A DNA stretch of 64,000 nucleotides from an uncultured delta proteobacterium (lineage in GTDB: Bacteria > Desulfobacterota > Desulfobacteria > Desulfobacterales > JAFDCJ01), in the NCBI GenBank assembly GCA_963769935.1, contig CAVYNY010000018.1, positions 256,001-320,000 on the forward strand, in the 5' to 3' direction. The notes under the pieces are model-generated. The model saw only the letters and a program-made list of their open reading frames with translations, was not told the DNA's origin and searched no databases. Positions 45,378 through 56,060 of the stretch are shown piece by piece. The position numbers and the translations under genes were made by a program. Position 1 is the first letter of the stretch. Each line of letters begins with the position of its first letter.

Positions 45378-47927
45378 ATGAAAAATTTTCAAACATATCA
45401 GGTTCATCCTAACATTCCGGAAAATCTTGCTTTTCTTGAAACGCTGTCCCGCAATATGTGGTGGTGCTGGAAAAAAAATGCCATAGAACTTTTTCGACGG
45501 ATCGACCCGGCTCGCTGGGTGCAATCCGGACGCAATCCGATTGCCTTTCTGGCTAAAATTCCTCAAAGTCGTTTCGAACTGCTGGCGGAAGATGACGGAT
45601 ATCGCGCCCATCTGGAACGGGTCCAAGAGGAATTTCAGAATTTGGTGCTGAATCCGGCTGTTGAACGCGCGCTGCCATTCCAACCCGGCGAGACCATCGC
45701 GTATTTTTCCATGGAGTTCGGCCTTCATGAAAGCCTGCCGTTGTTTGCCGGCGGCCTGGGTATCCTGGCCGGCGACCATTTAAAGGCGGCTTCCAACCTG
45801 ACGCTGCCTTTGGTCGGCATCGGGCTCATGTATCGCCAGGGTTATTTCCGCCAATTCCTGAACCAGGAGGGTTGGCAACAGGAGGCTTATCCGGAAACCG
45901 ATCTATACAACCTGCCGGTTGAGCGGATAAAAGACAGCGCCGGAAATGACATAACAATTTCAATTCAAGGACCCGAAGGTCCGATCCATGCCATGGTCTG
46001 GAAAATCATGGTGGGCCGCATTGCGCTTTACCTGATGGATACCAATATTGCCGAAAACTCCGCCGGCGCAAGAGAAATTACTTCACGACTTTATGCTTCC
46101 GACGCCAAAATTCGACTGGCTCAGGAAATGCTTCTGGGTATCGGCGGAATGAAAACTCTGGAGGCCATGGGCATTAAAACCAAGGTATTGCACATGAACG
46201 AAGGACATTCAGCCTTCGCCAGTCTGCAGCGCTTGGCTCAAATCATCGCCGATCATAACCTTGATCTTAAAACTGCCATTGAAATTATTCCGCGAACCAC
46301 GGTGTTCACGACCCATACGCCGGTAGCCGCCGGCCACGATGAATTTGCGGTCGACCTTGTCAGGCCCTATTTAAGGCAATTCGAGGAAAGGCTGGGGATT
46401 TCGACGGATGAAATATTATCCTGGGGCCGACCGGAGGGATCCAATGTCAATGCCCCGCTGTCCATGTTTATTCTGGCATTGCATATGTCGGCTTATTGCA
46501 ACGGCGTCAGCAGGTTGCACGGCTCGGTGGCCCGGCGCATGTGGTCTTTTGTCTGGCCCGAAAGACCCGAAGAGGAGGTTCCGATTGCCTATGTCACAAA
46601 CGGAACCCACATACCGTCTTTCATATCCCAGGAGTTTGCCTATCTATTTGACCGTTATCTGGGTCCCGGGTGGAATCTGAGTTCCCGCAAACCTGAAAAC
46701 ATCCATCGTATCGATGAAATCTACGACCAGGAGTTGTGGCGCGGCCATGAAATGAACCGCTCCAATCTGGTGCGCACCTGCCGGGAACAGCTTGTCAAGC
46801 AGTACGCAAGACGCAATGCGCCGCGCAATATTCTGCAAGCCGTCGAAACGGCGTTGGACCAGGATGCCTTGACGATTGCCTTTGCGCGACGCTTCGCAAC
46901 CTATAAACGGGCAACGCTGCTTCTGCAGGATGAAAAACGCCTGATGTCGATCATCAACAACTCGAAATATCCGGTTCAATTTATCTTTGCCGGCAAGGCC
47001 CATCCCAGAGATAATGAAGGCAAAGAGCTCATTAAAAAAATATTCCAGTTCGCAAGCAAACCGGAAGTACGCGACAGATTCGTTTTTCTGGAAAACTACG
47101 ACATGCATCTGGCACGCCATTTGCTCCAGGGTGCGGATGTATGGCTCAATACTCCCAGGCGGCCTTTTGAAGCCTGCGGAACCTCCGGTATGAAGGCCGC
47201 CATCAACGGCCTGCTCAATGTCAGTATCCTTGACGGGTGGTGGTGCGAAGGATACGCCGAAGAGAGAGGCTGGCGGATCGGCAACGGCGAGGAATATGAT
47301 GATCACAGCTATCAGGATGCCCTGGAAAGCCAAGCGCTTTACAATGTTTTGGAAAATGACGTCATCCCCTGTTTTTATGATCGTAAAAACGGCGATCTGC
47401 CCAGCTGCTGGATAAAAAAAATGAAAGCCTCAATGAAAATGGCCATGCAGACATTTTGCAGTTTACGGATGGTTTCGGATTATGAAAATCGGTATTATAT
47501 TCCGGCGGCCAGGCAATGGGACCTGCTATTTGCCGACAACGCCGGACAGGCTTATAAATTGGCCGCCCAGATTAAGCGGCTTCGTTCCCTGTGGAAAAAA
47601 ATCCAGATCAATCCGCCGGTACGACTTACTCCTGAGCCGTATCGTGTCGGCGATTCATTCCAGGTGACGGCCGAGGTCGACCTGGCGGAACTTACCCCTG
47701 ATGAAGTCGATGTCGAGCTCTACTACGGCAACCTGAAATCTCTGGAAACTTTATCGACAAGTCATGTCGAGCCGATGCAGATGCGGGAAAATAACGGCAA
47801 CGGCAATTACCTTTACGCATGCTCTTTAAAATGTGAGGTATCGGGGAGATTCGGCTTTACGGTACGAGTTTCGCCCGCCGGGGATGAACGCATAAAATCA
47901 ACGCCGGGACTGCTGACCTGGGTCTGA
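45378..47927 (+). CDS. glgP: Alpha-glucan (glycogen) phosphorylase
   Basis: AYFSMEFGL, GGLG.LAGD, HMNEGH, FTTHTPV.AG, ARRFATYKRA, AGKAHP and EACGTSGMKA. Confidence 0.96.
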   Translation: MKNFQTYQVHPNIPENLAFLETLSRNMWWCWKKNAIELFRRIDPARWVQSGRNPIAFLAKIPQSRFELLAEDDGYRAHLERVQEEFQNLVLNPAVERALPFQPGETIAYFSMEFGLHESLPLFAGGLGILAGDHLKAASNLTLPLVGIGLMYRQGYFRQFLNQEGWQQEAYPETDLYNLPVERIKDSAGNDITISIQGPEGPIHAMVWKIMVGRIALYLMDTNIAENSAGAREITSRLYASDAKIRLAQEMLLGIGGMKTLEAMGIKTKVLHMNEGHSAFASLQRLAQIIADHNLDLKTAIEIIPRTTVFTTHTPVAAGHDEFAVDLVRPYLRQFEERLGISTDEILSWGRPEGSNVNAPLSMFILALHMSAYCNGVSRLHGSVARRMWSFVWPERPEEEVPIAYVTNGTHIPSFISQEFAYLFDRYLGPGWNLSSRKPENIHRIDEIYDQELWRGHEMNRSNLVRTCREQLVKQYARRNAPRNILQAVETALDQDALTIAFARRFATYKRATLLLQDEKRLMSIINNSKYPVQFIFAGKAHPRDNEGKELIKKIFQFASKPEVRDRFVFLENYDMHLARHLLQGADVWLNTPRRPFEACGTSGMKAAINGLLNVSILDGWWCEGYAEERGWRIGNGEEYDDHSYQDALESQALYNVLENDVIPCFYDRKNGDLPSCWIKKMKASMKMAMQTFCSLRMVSDYENRYYIPAARQWDLLFADNAGQAYKLAAQIKRLRSLWKKIQINPPVRLTPEPYRVGDSFQVTAEVDLAELTPDEVDVELYYGNLKSLETLSTSHVEPMQMRENNGNGNYLYACSLKCEVSGRFGFTVRVSPAGDERIKSTPGLLTWV

Positions 47928-48027
47928 TATATGGAGAAACAAAGTTTAAATTCCAACTTGACGCAGAGGCGTAATAAATCCTATAAATAATTAGAAAACG
48001 CCCTGCACGGTTTTAAGGAATCCCATC

Positions 48028-49584
48028 ATGAACCCTACAATTTGCGACCCGCGGGTGCTTGTGGTCACACCGGAGGTCACCTATCTGCCGGACCGAATGG
48101 GAGGTCTGGCCTCATTTTATACAGCCAAGGCCGGTGGACTGGCCGATGTGTCTGCGGCTTTGATCAGCGCTCTCTTTGAACAGGGAGCCGATGTGCATGT
48201 GGCCATGCCGGATTACCGCGCCCTTTTCAGCGATAAATTGGCCCCGGTTTTAAAAGAGGAAATATACCGTATTCAGCGCAAAATGCCCAACGACCGCGTG
48301 CATCTGGCGGAAGACCGCGCCTTTTATTATATTAACCGCGTGTACTCGTCGTACGGAGATGAAAACATCAAGCTCGCCCTGGCCTTTCAACGGGAGGTTA
48401 TCAATAACATCGTGCCCCTGGTCCAGCCCGATCTGATTCATTGCAACGACTGGATGACCGGTCTTATTCCAGCCATGGCCAGAGAGCACGGCATCCCCTG
48501 TCTTTTCACCATCCACAACGTTCACACGGTTAAAACCACCCTGGCCGCGATCGAAGACCGAGGGATCGACGCCGCTTATTTCTGGCAAAACCTGTATTTC
48601 GAAAACATGGCCGTCAGCTACGAACAAACCCGCAACTTCAACCCGGTGGATCTTCTTGGCAGCGGAATTTTTGCGGCGCATTTTGTCAATGTCGTCAGCC
48701 CGACATTTTTGCAGGAAATTGTTGAAGGCAGGCATGATTTTATCGCACCGCCCCTCAGACGGGAATTGACCTACAAAGTCGGCGCCGATTGTGCCGCCGG
48801 AATACTCAACGCACCGGATCCGTCGTTTAACCCCGCTCTGGATGAAGATCTGGCGCGCAAATACCGGCCGGCAGATCATGCCGCCGGAAAAAAAGCAAAC
48901 AAGCGCTCTTTGCAGCAAAAGCTCGGCTTAATCCAGGATGATCGCGCCCCCGTATTCTTCTGGCCTTCCCGCCTGGACCCGATTCAAAAAGGATGTAAGC
49001 TGCTGGCGGATATTTTCTACAAAGTAATTTCCACCTATTGGGAAGATAACCTGCAGATCGTTTTTGTGGCCAACGGCGACTATCAGACGGCTTTCAGAGA
49101 CATCGTAAATTATCACGGTTTTCAGGAGCGCGTGGCCATTTATGACTTCAGCAATGACCTTGAACACCTATGTTACGGCGCGTCTGATTTTATGCTGATG
49201 CCCTCCCGTTTTGAACCCTGCGGCCTGCCGCAAATGATAGCACCCATTTACGGGTCGCTGCCGGTGGCGCACGACACGGGCGGCATCCATGACACCATCA
49301 CCCACCTGAATGTGGATAATAACACCGGAAACGGATTTCTGTTTAAATATTTTGACGCCGCCGGATTATTCTGGGCCATCGAGCAGGCCATGGTATTTTA
49401 CAAGTTGAGCCCCAAAATAAAGGCCGCGCAAATCAAGCGCATTATGAAAGAAAGCGCGGACACTTTCACCCATGACAATACGGCGCGTCAATACATTGCA
49501 TTGTATGAAAAAATGTTACAGCGCCCCCTGATTGGAAAACATACGAGTCCGGTCTGCGACCTGAATTCGCCGATCGAAAACTAA
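48028..49584 (+). CDS. glgA: Glycogen synthase (GT5)
   Basis: KAGGLADV (KxGGL), H.NDW, TIHN, VSPT, SRL...QKG, PSRFEPCGL.QM and TGG..DT. Confidence 0.9.
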   Translation: MNPTICDPRVLVVTPEVTYLPDRMGGLASFYTAKAGGLADVSAALISALFEQGADVHVAMPDYRALFSDKLAPVLKEEIYRIQRKMPNDRVHLAEDRAFYYINRVYSSYGDENIKLALAFQREVINNIVPLVQPDLIHCNDWMTGLIPAMAREHGIPCLFTIHNVHTVKTTLAAIEDRGIDAAYFWQNLYFENMAVSYEQTRNFNPVDLLGSGIFAAHFVNVVSPTFLQEIVEGRHDFIAPPLRRELTYKVGADCAAGILNAPDPSFNPALDEDLARKYRPADHAAGKKANKRSLQQKLGLIQDDRAPVFFWPSRLDPIQKGCKLLADIFYKVISTYWEDNLQIVFVANGDYQTAFRDIVNYHGFQERVAIYDFSNDLEHLCYGASDFMLMPSRFEPCGLPQMIAPIYGSLPVAHDTGGIHDTITHLNVDNNTGNGFLFKYFDAAGLFWAIEQAMVFYKLSPKIKAAQIKRIMKESADTFTHDNTARQYIALYEKMLQRPLIGKHTSPVCDLNSPIEN

Positions 49585-49635
49585 CCGGTGCTTCGTATTT
49601 AAGGGCCGCCATGGCGGCCGAATCTGATTGAAAAC

Positions 49636-51694
49636 ATGCCTCCAAATCCAGACCAGTCCCCCGATACCGCCGCCAAGGATAAAATCGATCGCGCGCTGCG
49701 GCATTTGCTGCAAAATGATCCCTATTTAGCGCCTTATGAAAAGATTATTGCGCGCCGGCTGCTAAAAATTGAAGCCACCGCAAACCGTCTGACCCAGGGC
49801 AACATTACTTTGGATGATTTTGCCTCCGGCCATGAATACTTCGGCCTCCATTTCCGGGACAATCAATGGGTCCTGCGGGAATGGGCGCCGAATGCCGTTC
49901 GGATTTATCTGATCGGCAACATGACCGGCTGGCAGGAAAAAGAAGATTATGCCCTTAACCGTCTGGCGGACGGGGAAGTTTGGGAGATCCGCCTGCCTGC
50001 GGAAAAGATCACCCACCTTGATCTATACCGGCTTCGCATTCATTGGCCCGGCGGGGAGGGGGATCGCATTCCGGCCTATGCCCGACGGGTGGTTCAGGAT
50101 CCGGCCACGTTGATTTTCAATGCCCAAGTCTGGCAGCCGCATTCACCCCACCGGTGGCGCTGCCGGAATTTTAAGCGCCGCAATGAAGCCGTTCTGATTT
50201 ACGAAACCCACATCGGCATGGCCCAGGAAAAAGAGGCCGTAGGAACGTTTCAGGAATTTTCCGCCAACTGTTTTGCCTCGCATCGTAAAATCCGGCTACA
50301 ATGCCATCCAGCTAATGGCGATTCAGGAACACCCCTATTACGGTTCGTTCGGCTATCAGGTGTCAAACTTTTTTGCCGTCTCATCCCGTTTCGGAACACC
50401 GGATGATCTCAAGGCTTTGATTGATGAAGCACATGCATCCGGCCTGGCTGTTTTTATGGACATGGTTCATTCCCACGCCGTATCGAATGAAACCGAAGGA
50501 CTCAGCCGCTTTGACGGCACCCTGTATCAATACTTTCATGACGGGCCTCGCGGTCTGCACCGGCTCTGGGATTCCCGCTGTTTTGACTACGGTAAATATC
50601 AGGTGTTGCATTTTCTTCTTTCCAACTGCCGCTTCTGGCTGGACGAATACCGTTTTGACGGATTTCGCTTCGACGGAATCACCTCCATGCTTTATCTGCA
50701 TCACGGCATGAATAAGGCCTTTACCACCTATCAGGATTATTTCGATGAAAGTGTGGATGAAGATGCACTGACCTACCTGGGCCTCGTTAACCGGCTGATT
50801 CACAATCTTCGGCCGGAAGCCGTAACCATCGCTGAAGATGTCAGCGGTATGCCGGGCCTGGCTGCACCTCAAGATAACGGGGGTTACGGTTTTGACTACC
50901 GTTTTGCCATGGGGATTGCAGACTTGTGGATCAAGCTGATCAAAGAGGTGCCGGATGAGAACTGGCCCATGGGGCATCTGTGGTACGAGTTGACCAACCG
51001 GCGCGCCGAAGAAAAAACCATCAGCTATGCCGAATCCCACGATCAGGCCCTGGTAGGTGACCAGTCTATTATTTTCCGGTTGATCGATGCCGACATGTAT
51101 GGCCACATGCACATTGGTGATGAAAATATCCGGGTAGAGCGCGGTCTGGCCCTGCACAAAATGATCCGCCTGGTGACCCTGGCTACGGCCGGCGGCGGTT
51201 ATCTGAATTTCATGGGCAATGAATTCGGACATCCGGAGTGGATTGATTTCCCGCGGCAAGGCAACAACTGGTCCTACATGCATGCCCGGCGACAGTGGCA
51301 TCTGGTGGACAATCCCGATTTAACCTATCAGTTTCTGGCTGAATTCGACCGGGCGATGATCGCAACGGCAAAAAAATTCAAGATTCTGGAAAAACCCGGA
51401 CCCCGCATTTTATACGAACATTCAGACAACAAGCTGCTTATCTTCGAAAGAGCCGGCCTCCTATTTGCTTTCAATTTTCATCCGGGTCGTTCATACCCGG
51501 ATTACCGCTTCGAAGCTCCGCCGGGCAGATATCAATTGATAGTTGACAGCGACGCAAGGCAATACGGCGGTCATGGCAGGTTGGCGGCCGGTCAGGAGCA
51601 TCTCAGTTTCAGCAGTATCGACGCCGATCGAAAACTTCAATATCTCAGTCTATACCTGCCCTCTCGCACCGCCTTGGTTCTGGAGCGAAGATAA
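49636..51694 (+). CDS. glgB: 1,4-alpha-glucan branching enzyme (eukaryote-like GH13_8 type), interrupted by a +1 frameshift at ~50269
   Basis: REWAPNA and IYE.H.GM in frame 1; QLMAIQEHPYYGSFGY, FDGFRFDG.TSM, YAESHDQ and FMGNEFGHPEW.DFPR in frame 2. Removing T50269 gives ...FSANVLPRIVK... Confidence 0.9.
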
Positions 51695-51745
51695 TTATTC
51701 GGAACCATGAATAATAAAGATGTAACCGAGGCTGGTCAGCGGATT

Positions 51746-52342
51746 TTATAAATTCTTGTAGTTATAATAATAGCTTAAAACTCGTCTCACATACTCTTCC
51801 GTCTCCTCGTAGGGGGGAATCGTCTGATAATGATCAACCACCGAAGGACCGGCATTATAAGCAGCAAGAGACAGTGCCAGTTTACCGCCAAAACGATCAT
51901 ACAGTTGTTTAAAGTAGCGAGCACCGGCATTGATGTTCTGGGTCGGATCAAAAGGGTCGTCCAGGCCGAGCAGTTTAAAATTCTGCGGCATGATTTGCAT
52001 CAACCCCATAGCGCCCTTTTTGGACACCGCCTGAGGATCAAAGTCGGACTCCGCTTTAATTATGGCCTTCAGCAACGGAAATGAAACGCCGTGGCGTTTT
52101 GAGGCTTGCGAGATCAACTCATCATATTTTTCATTATAGTACCAGGATGGACCCGGGCGTGTTCTTTCCCGCAGAAACAGCTTATAATCCCCGGATGATG
52201 AGGTAGGAGCATTGGTAAAATGCATGACGCCGTTTGCATCAACATATCGATAAATGTCGGCATAGGCGCCGGTAGCTGCAAAAACGGCAACGACTGCAAA
52301 AAGGATATAGAGAATTAGTTTTTTTTTTCGACAGTCTTCCAT
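51746..52342 (-). CDS. Soluble lytic transglycosylase (SLT) with an N-terminal DUF4124-like domain
   Basis: IY.Y.D.NGV.HFTN.P, AES.F...AVS.KGA.GLMQIMP, AAYNAG and ET..YV. Confidence 0.9.
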   Translation of the reverse strand: MEDCRKKKLILYILFAVVAVFAATGAYADIYRYVDANGVMHFTNAPTSSSGDYKLFLRERTRPGPSWYYNEKYDELISQASKRHGVSFPLLKAIIKAESDFDPQAVSKKGAMGLMQIMPQNFKLLGLDDPFDPTQNINAGARYFKQLYDRFGGKLALSLAAYNAGPSVVDHYQTIPPYEETEEYVRRVLSYYYNYKNL

Positions 52343-52467
52343 TCCAAATTTATATCTTTCTGCAGCGGAATAGAGGTTAGGACTTAAATGGTATAATAAA
52401 TTTATACACTATCTGGAGATTAAGATCAATAAATTTTTGTTTACTTAAACAATTACAGAATGTTATA

Positions 52468-55400
52468 TTAAAACAACTTCAGTTGAACCTGCTGCGGCTG
52501 ATTCTTTTTTTTGGGTTTAATGCGCGGGGATTCGTCCGATTTGAGTTGATTTTCAATATCGGTTACAAAAGGGGAAAGTTTGCGGTCATACACGCTGCCG
52601 TAAATTCTGCGTTTTACCGCCCGGGTTAGATACAGCCGTTCCATGGCTCGGGTCATGGCAACGTAAAACAGCCGTCTTTCTTCCTGCCAATCGTTCGGCC
52701 GGCTGTCCGGTTTGTGATAGGGTATCAAATCCTGCTCGCAACCCGCAATAAACACCACCGGGAACTCCAGTCCTTTAGCGGCATGCATGGTCATCAGGGC
52801 TACTTTTTCAACCTGGGGTAAATAGGCGTCCGTATCGGTATGTAGCGCGGCAGCCGCCAAAAAATCGGCTGTGCGGGCCTCGAACCGGCCGGCAAAGTCA
52901 ATTAAACGGGAAAAGGCTTCCTGGATGCGGCCGTCCTGATTCAGAATACCGGACAGCGGGGTGTTTTGGCAGAGATAGTGCAACTTGTCCGGCACCGATA
53001 GGGGCGCCATATTCTTTCTAATTTGCGTCAGGTGATTTGAAAACTGATTTATCAGTTGTTGTTTAGCGGAAACCATGCCAGGAACAGGAAACCGATTGGC
53101 CTTAATAAATCCTTCCTGCAGGGTTAACCGGTTTTGGAAACACCAGTTTTTAAACTGATCCATGGCTTTTTTCCCAAGACCGGGCAGGGCAAGCTGAAGG
53201 ATTTTATCATAATCAAAAAACCCTCCGTTTCCCTCGATAACTTTTAAATATGAGACAAGCTCGGGCAGGCCCTCCTGATTTAACACATTTTCCCGGCTGG
53301 CAATTTGGCAGGGAATTCCCTTTTTTTCGAATGTTTCGGCGATAATCCGATGTTGATCATGGGTGCGGTAGAGAACGGCAAAATCGGAATAACTGCACGA
53401 TTTGGCGAGATTGGCCTCTTTAACCGTTCCGGTGTCAATGGAATGAAATCCGGTGCCGCCTATCTGCTGTTCGATGATTCCGGCAATCGCTTCCGCCTCG
53501 GCTCTCTCGTTGGCCAGCTCGAGAATGCTGATGGTTTTAACTCCGCGTATCTGAGAATATGTCCGCAAATTAGATGATTGAATGTGCTGATTTTTAATAA
53601 TCTGAAAAGAGGCCTCCAGAATAGTTTGGGTCGAACGGTAATTGCGGCTCAATCTGATCACGGCGCAATTCGGATAATCATTTTTAAACCGGTTGAAAAA
53701 GGCAACATCCGACCCTCTGAATCCATAAATGGACTGATCCGGATCGCCGATTACGCAAAGATCCCTGACGGCGTGAACGTCCGGTGCCAGGGCGCGAATG
53801 ATGCGATATTGGGACTGATTTAGATCCTGGTATTCATCCACAAAAATATGCTGAAATTTTTCGCGATATTTGTGGCGTTGTTCGTCATTTGTTTCCAGCA
53901 GTTTTACGACATTAAAGATTAGATCTTCATAATCACAAAATCCCTGGATAGCCAGCAGACGCTGATAAACGCGGTAGATCCTTGAAAGAACCCGGTTCTG
54001 CGGGTCATTGCCGGCCATCTTGTCAAATTCTGAAGGGTCGCGTACCTGTTGTTTTGCCTCGATGATTCGACTTAATACCTCGCCGGATTTCAAAGCCACC
54101 TTGTGACCGGCCGCTTTAACATACTTCAAGGCTTCTGCAATCAGTGCCTGTCGATGCGCTTCATCGATGATGCCGGTCGGCTTCACGTTTTGATCGTTTA
54201 AAATTTTAAAACATAGCGCGTGGAAGGTAGCGATCAGCGGCAGTTTTAGGGAATCTCGCAGCAGGGTCTCCAGTCTGGCCCGCATTTCCTGGGCAGCCTT
54301 ATTGGTAAAGGTTACCGCCAGCATTTGATGCGGCACGGCTGCTTTCTGCAAAATTAAATGGGCCATACGGTGGGTGAGGGTGCGGGTTTTGCCGGTGCCG
54401 GGTCCGGCCACGATCAGCAGCGCTCCGCTTGGATATTCAACCGCCTGGCGCTGTTCGGTATTTAATTGATCCAGCAGGGTGACCGACTTGTAATCACTTG
54501 TTGCATCCCCCCTGGAGGGGATTGATCTATCCTTAATTTTCGGAGCATCGGTTTTTTGCGGCAGAGATGGCACTTCGATATCAATTGTTTCGGAAGAAAA
54601 TCCGGCCGCCGGCATTGAAAACAGTGATTTTTGGCCGAGCAGGGATTCACGTTCCCGGGGTTTAAATAATTTGACCCGACCATACTCCCCATCGTATCCG
54701 GGCAGCACCTCGATTTCTTTGTTTCGCATTCTTCGGATTGCTTCACCCAGCAGCGGTATTCCGGCCCGATCCATTTCTTCCGGTGCAAGTACGTGCAATA
54801 TATTAAGTTCCGACCCCAGCTGTTTGAGAGTTGTTTTATAACTATTTTGAACTTTTTTAGAATTGGGTCCGACCATCAGTATTTCGGAAAGAATATCTAT
54901 CAATTGTACGATGCTGTAGTAAGGCGGGCGGTTTTCAGGTTTATTATTCTCATTTCGATCCGCCAGTTCTTCCACGCGATATAAAACCCCCAGTGTCAGG
55001 GCTTTGCCGCAGACCGGACATTTGCCGTCATATTTCATGGTCTTTGGGGGCCGGAGCCGAACCTTGCAGTTGCGATGCCCATCCAAATGATACTTGCCTT
55101 CCTCGGGATAAAATTCAAAAGTTCCCAGAAAGGTTGCAAGATCTTTTGATGCCAACGCAGATTTAATGTCAGCATAGGATAGTCCGGTGTTGAAAACATT
55201 GGCCTCTCTTCCCACATTCATCGGCGAATGCGCATCCGAGTTGGATACCAGCGTCAAGCCATCCAGACCGGAAACCCGCCAATTCATGGGAGGATCCGAA
55301 GAAAGGCCGGTTTCAACGGCAAATATGTAAGATGTCAGATCTTCGAAGCATTCTTCAATAGAATCAAACCCGGATTTAGATCCCAGCATTGAAAACCACG

Positions 55401-55902
55401 GCGTCCAGATATGAGCCGGAATCAGAATTCCCTGATCCGAGACTTCCAGCAAAATTTCCAGCAGATTACGGGCATCCAGCCCCAGAATAGGCCGGCCGTC
55501 GGATTTAATGTTGCCGATAGTTTCCAGTTTGGCATTAAATTTAGCGGCAGTTGCCAGATCCGGCAGCAGAACCAAGTTGTGGTTTTTGCGGGTGCGGTTG
55601 TCTTTTTTATATATGTTGCTGATTTCAGTGCTTAAAATAAAGCGAACCGTATTTCGGCAGGCTGGCGGAACCTGCTGGTCACAAATTTGGGCATACGCTT
55701 GCTTGAGTTTGAAAAGGCCGGGTTCGGCCGGTTCGAGTTTTTCACAAATTTCGGCAAACCACTCCGGATAGGTAACGTCGCCGGTGCCGACAACCGTTAC
55801 CCCTTTCAACTGGGCGGCAATATACAAATTTTCAAGATCCAGGTTTTTGGCAGTCGCCCTGGAAAATTTTGAATGAACATGTAAATCGGCAATGAATTTC
55901 AT
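52468..55902 (-). CDS. Endonuclease Q (PHP)-UvrD/PcrA helicase fusion
   Basis: N-terminal ADLHVHS, GTGD, PAHIWTP, ETGLSSD, NSDAHS and a C..C..CPVC Zn finger; C-terminal AGPGTGKT, TFTNKAA, DEYQD, GDPDQSIY.FRG, NYRS, TMH.AKGLEF and EERRLFYVAMTRA. Confidence 0.9.
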   Translation of the reverse strand: MKFIADLHVHSKFSRATAKNLDLENLYIAAQLKGVTVVGTGDVTYPEWFAEICEKLEPAEPGLFKLKQAYAQICDQQVPPACRNTVRFILSTEISNIYKKDNRTRKNHNLVLLPDLATAAKFNAKLETIGNIKSDGRPILGLDARNLLEILLEVSDQGILIPAHIWTPWFSMLGSKSGFDSIEECFEDLTSYIFAVETGLSSDPPMNWRVSGLDGLTLVSNSDAHSPMNVGREANVFNTGLSYADIKSALASKDLATFLGTFEFYPEEGKYHLDGHRNCKVRLRPPKTMKYDGKCPVCGKALTLGVLYRVEELADRNENNKPENRPPYYSIVQLIDILSEILMVGPNSKKVQNSYKTTLKQLGSELNILHVLAPEEMDRAGIPLLGEAIRRMRNKEIEVLPGYDGEYGRVKLFKPRERESLLGQKSLFSMPAAGFSSETIDIEVPSLPQKTDAPKIKDRSIPSRGDATSDYKSVTLLDQLNTEQRQAVEYPSGALLIVAGPGTGKTRTLTHRMAHLILQKAAVPHQMLAVTFTNKAAQEMRARLETLLRDSLKLPLIATFHALCFKILNDQNVKPTGIIDEAHRQALIAEALKYVKAAGHKVALKSGEVLSRIIEAKQQVRDPSEFDKMAGNDPQNRVLSRIYRVYQRLLAIQGFCDYEDLIFNVVKLLETNDEQRHKYREKFQHIFVDEYQDLNQSQYRIIRALAPDVHAVRDLCVIGDPDQSIYGFRGSDVAFFNRFKNDYPNCAVIRLSRNYRSTQTILEASFQIIKNQHIQSSNLRTYSQIRGVKTISILELANERAEAEAIAGIIEQQIGGTGFHSIDTGTVKEANLAKSCSYSDFAVLYRTHDQHRIIAETFEKKGIPCQIASRENVLNQEGLPELVSYLKVIEGNGGFFDYDKILQLALPGLGKKAMDQFKNWCFQNRLTLQEGFIKANRFPVPGMVSAKQQLINQFSNHLTQIRKNMAPLSVPDKLHYLCQNTPLSGILNQDGRIQEAFSRLIDFAGRFEARTADFLAAAALHTDTDAYLPQVEKVALMTMHAAKGLEFPVVFIAGCEQDLIPYHKPDSRPNDWQEERRLFYVAMTRAMERLYLTRAVKRRIYGSVYDRKLSPFVTDIENQLKSDESPRIKPKKKNQPQQVQLKLF

Positions 55903-56007
55903 AATATTGGCTGGCGCGGGCTTTTACTTGAATAATTTCGTATAATGGGAGAATTTGCTTGTAACATATTCCTAAACTCGCTATATATTTATTTTAAATG
56001 GTTTTCA

Positions 56008-56023
56008 ACACTATATATTGTAT
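56008..56023. promoter_or_regulatory. NrdR-box-like site (weaker partner at ~55978-55993)
   Basis: ACACTATATATTGTAT matches the NrdR consensus acaCwAtATaTwGtg; a second CTATATATT lies 30 bp upstream. Confidence 0.55.
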
Positions 56024-56060
56024 CTTTAGACTTTGGTTATAAGGTAAATCATATTCCGTT

